NCBI RefSeq assembly: GCF_037042905.1 | Contig: NC_087252.1 | Coordinates: forward strand, 5,272,001-5,336,000 | Source: Lytechinus pictus | Taxonomy: Eukaryota | DNA: 64,000 nucleotides | Direction: 5' to 3' | Part shown: positions 60,648-64,000 of the stretch, piece after piece | How positions within the stretch are numbered: the first letter of the stretch is position 1 | Layout of the letters: each line of letters starts with the position of its first letter | Made by a program: the position numbers and the translations under genes | Notes under the pieces: generated by a model | Databases searched by the model: none | The model's input: only the letters and a program-made list of their open reading frames with translations | What the model was told of the DNA's origin: nothing

Positions 60648-61711
60648 CAGTCAGACGGCAGGAAGTGGCTTCTTTCATCCAAGTGATATTCATGACTTGA
60701 GATGTTTTGCATATTTAATGAGCTTGATGCGGACCAAAACACCTCTTTTCATTCGGTCATTTCTGCTCTAATTGTGCATCGAATTTCATGAATTTGGTAT
60801 CATTGTAAAGAAGAAGAATCATTCTTTCAGGTCATGTGTTTAAATTTATTCCAAAATTTTGTAATATAGCTTAAAATTTTGATCTAAAATATGCTACAAA
60901 ATAATCATTTTCACCTGACAAAAGCTGCTATTTTCACACTTTATTTTTGTTTTAGCCCAAATAATTTTTAAATCATAATAAAGTTGAATATGTATGCTTT
61001 AAAATGATATAGGTTTCAAAATAAGAATTGGTTTAATCGGGTCAAGATCACACTTTTCATTTGCCAAGTACATAAAGCAGCTTGAAAACAAGAATACTGC
61101 ACTCTGATTGGTCAAAGAGACCACACAGTGGCAAATTCCAACGGTTCCAGTGCCTGGGTTCATGGGAAGGTCACACTTCCCATGTGGTAATCTCCTCAAA
61201 TACCCCGCGCCTGTTGATCTGTGAACCTTATCCAGCCAATCAGAACTCAGAAATCAGATTTCAGAAATCTCGTCTTGTACCTTGGTGGGAAAAGTGTGAT
61301 CTTGACCCGATTAAAAGGTGCCGTATATAAAGAGTGGCATTGTGAGAAAGTACAGAAGTTCAGCTTTATGATGATATAGATATCATTGAGGCTCAAAATA
61401 AAAAGTTTTGCATAATTTGCAAAAGAAAACAGAGGAAGAAAATTCAGTTTTGAGGCACATTTTCAGGCCAGAAATTTACTTATTTAACAAAATATTGTAT
61501 ACAAAATAAATGACCAATATGAAAGAGTAACATTTACTCTATCTGATGGTGTAATAATATTTCATTTAACTTGAGGTTAAAACAGGTAAATTCTTAGAGA
61601 AAGAAAATCTCACGAATCACGAGATTTTGCAAGGAGGAGGATTCAGCCACGATATGATTTGGATGAATCTGGCCTTTTTGCTCATTAGCATAGGGACCTG
61701 CGGTCTGACTG
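60648..61711. mobile_element. Unclassified non-autonomous DNA transposon with 4-bp TSD
   Basis: TIRs CAGTCAGACGGCAGG / CCTGCGGTCTGACTG; CTTA at 60644-60647 and 61712-61715; internal perfect IR at 61033-61058 / 61289-61314. Confidence 0.75.
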
Positions 61712-61774
61712 CTTACACACGCGATCGCAAGTTTACAAAACAGTTCAGTTGCTGACGGGGACTTTTCTTACGGT

Positions 61775-61975
61775 TGTGATGACGAGGACAGGGACGATTC
61801 GATGATGATGACTTGAATGATGATGACGACGACGAAGACTGGATCGATGAGGTGACAACAAGGACTGGATTGATGAGGTGACGACAAGAGCGGTGACGAT
61901 GGGGCGATGACGACGACGACAGGAGCAGTGAAGGACAAGGAGGAGGACCGGAGTTTAATCGATGAAGACGTTGAC
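61775..61975. repeat. Degenerate (GAT/GAC/GAG)n low-complexity repeat
   Basis: GATGATGACGACGAC runs and a duplicated GACTGGAT(C/T)GATGAGGTGAC. Confidence 0.8.
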
Positions 61976-63104
61976 GCAAACTTGGAAGAACTCGATAGCT
62001 TAATATCAATAGGAATGAAGGGTTCCAGTTGCCAACTGTCAGATTGTATGAAATACTTGGAATATACTTTTCTTTGTTGCAGTCCACTTTATGTTGCACA
62101 AAATAATATTCTCTCGGTCTGACGAACTTCTTCGTTCTAAATATATTAGTAGTTAGTTAAAGTATAGAGAATATTTGATGATGTTGACAATGATTGGCGA
62201 TGGTGCAGGGTGGGTAGCCAGATCGAGGTCCAATAGAGGGGAATCAAATAGGGGGTAGTAAAGGGGGGTCGCCAAGTCAGAGGTCCAGATGGGGGTGTCC
62301 GAGTGAGGAAAACCAGCTTGGGGTCATCTTTAATACCTAATTACATGTTCACTAAACTCAATTCTTATTGGACAGGGATATCTGCTGGAGGGCGTGACTT
62401 AAATAAAACTACAATTTTCATTGGTCGAGTTTAAGGAAGGCTGTGATGCATGTTTCAATAAGTTTGTCCAGTCAAGGCTAATTAATAGGTTCTAGGTAAT
62501 GCTTCATGGGTGCCAGTAACCAATATTAACATGATTAATGTCTTTAAGTACTTTGTTCATACTGTGGAAATTAGTAAAGGGGAACAAAGAGGGCACTTTG
62601 AAGAAAAGTTTACCAGAAATTGGGGAGTTTTAAGGCCTATAATAAAGAATAATTTCGGAACAAAGGGGAGTTATTTGTAAACAAAATGGGGACTTGTTGG
62701 GGATGACTATAATGTCTCAATAAGAATACATGTGAGCATGAAGAGAAGATGGAAAATACATAGAGGAATGGAAATAAAGAGAATATGAAATACAGAGAGA
62801 TAGCAAGGCATAAGAATATGAAATATTGAAAGAGATATTAAGACTGATAGATAGCAAGATGTAAGGCAAATATGCCACAATGCCTCATATGGCATTATTC
62901 CGCTCAACTGTACATGTACATCCATGCGCTCATTCCAGTCCAACCAATGACATTTTAAGTAATCAATCCATCACTATTTCCTTAGTGGGACAATGTCTTC
63001 ATAGGTTTGGAGGTCGAGCATTGACTTTTTTTTAACATGCACACTGTACTAGGTCCACCAAAACAAATTTATATATACCGACAATCATCGCCAGCATCGA
63101 GCTT

Positions 63105-64000
63105 TATTTCAGTTTAGTTTATTTCCATTATTCATATACATACATTTATATGCTTGACATGAGTATAACATAATTATCTAGAGTTGAAATAAATGGTTCT
63201 TGAGACAGAAATTATACGCAATAAGAATTTAAATCAGTGAAAAATGGAGGGGCCTAAGTTGAAAGCAGAGCTTGTGAGTTATAGGCCCCAATGGAAGAAA
63301 TAGATAAGATATAAGGCTATATAGTTATTAAAAATAACAAGGTAAAGGAAAGCAAAAGTTTATGAACCAATTGGTTTAATCACATTAGTAGCACGCCCTG
63401 GAAGGAAAGTAATATTTTAAATGGAGGTATGGTGGTAAAATGGAGCTGCTGAAAGGTTTAGTTATCTACTGCTGCCTGAACTACATAATCATTCAGAAAA
63501 GTATGTTTAAGTTTACGTTTGAATATAAACAATGAATTGGAGTCTGAAATGTCTTTGGATAGTCCGTTCCAGAACTTCGGTCCTGAGAAAGTAATTGTTT
63601 TCTGAGCAAAGGTTGTTCGAGTCAGTGGTAAATGATAAAATGTACTTTGTCGAGTTGCGTATGAATGAATTACATTTCGTTTAACAAATAATAAGGTGAC
63701 AATGGCTGGTAATTCATTTGTGGATAGCTGGAACATAAAAATTCCTAAATTATTTCTATATAAGTCTGAAATTTTGAGAAGTTGATTTCCATGAAAGTTA
63801 CGACTTGTATGGGAAAGGAAACCAGAATTGTTTATTTTTCTAACCGCACGTTTTTGAATGACAAACAACCTACGTAGTTGAGTTTTACTGCTATTACCCC
63901 AAGCAAGAATACCGTAACTGAGATAGGGCAAAATCAAAGTATTGTAGAGAGATAATAAAAATTCTTGGGGAAGATCAAGTTTAAATCTGTTTAAAATGCC
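63105..64000 (-). mobile_element. 3' end of an L2/Crack-like LINE continuing beyond the window
   Basis: LILPYLSYGILAWGN..YHLPLTRT..GPKFWN closely parallels the C-terminus of the ORF at 1758-3053; stem-loop at 63246-63290. Confidence 0.9.

Overview
AT-rich, repeat-dense animal genomic DNA, not prokaryotic. The TE mix (Mag-type Gypsy, Tx1/L1, L2/CR1 LINEs, Penelope remnant, many MITEs) suggests a marine invertebrate, plausibly an echinoderm; that is inference only. Most of the window is nested transposable elements. The main structures are: (1) a ~12.4 kb non-coding foldback element (8162-20554) whose inverted arms contain 194-bp tandem arrays, and whose right arm was later invaded by an hAT-type element (8-bp TSD) and a full-length Tx1/L1 LINE (12-bp TSD); (2) a second, 3.4 kb foldback made of opposed ~177-bp arrays with TAG..CTA ends and a TAC TSD, whose empty site survives in a paralogous block; (3) an intact Gypsy LTR retrotransposon with identical 176-bp LTRs; (4) a Penelope remnant with a minimal hammerhead-ribozyme motif; (5) a tRNA-shaped sequence with a TCA anticodon between (TA)n tracts; (6) two paralogous putative first exons encoding signal peptides (26723, 53042), marking a tandem gene duplication whose later exons I could not identify. 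Most short ORFs in the supplied track are artefacts of repeats and low-complexity DNA. All alignments were done by eye, so ends of degraded elements are approximate.
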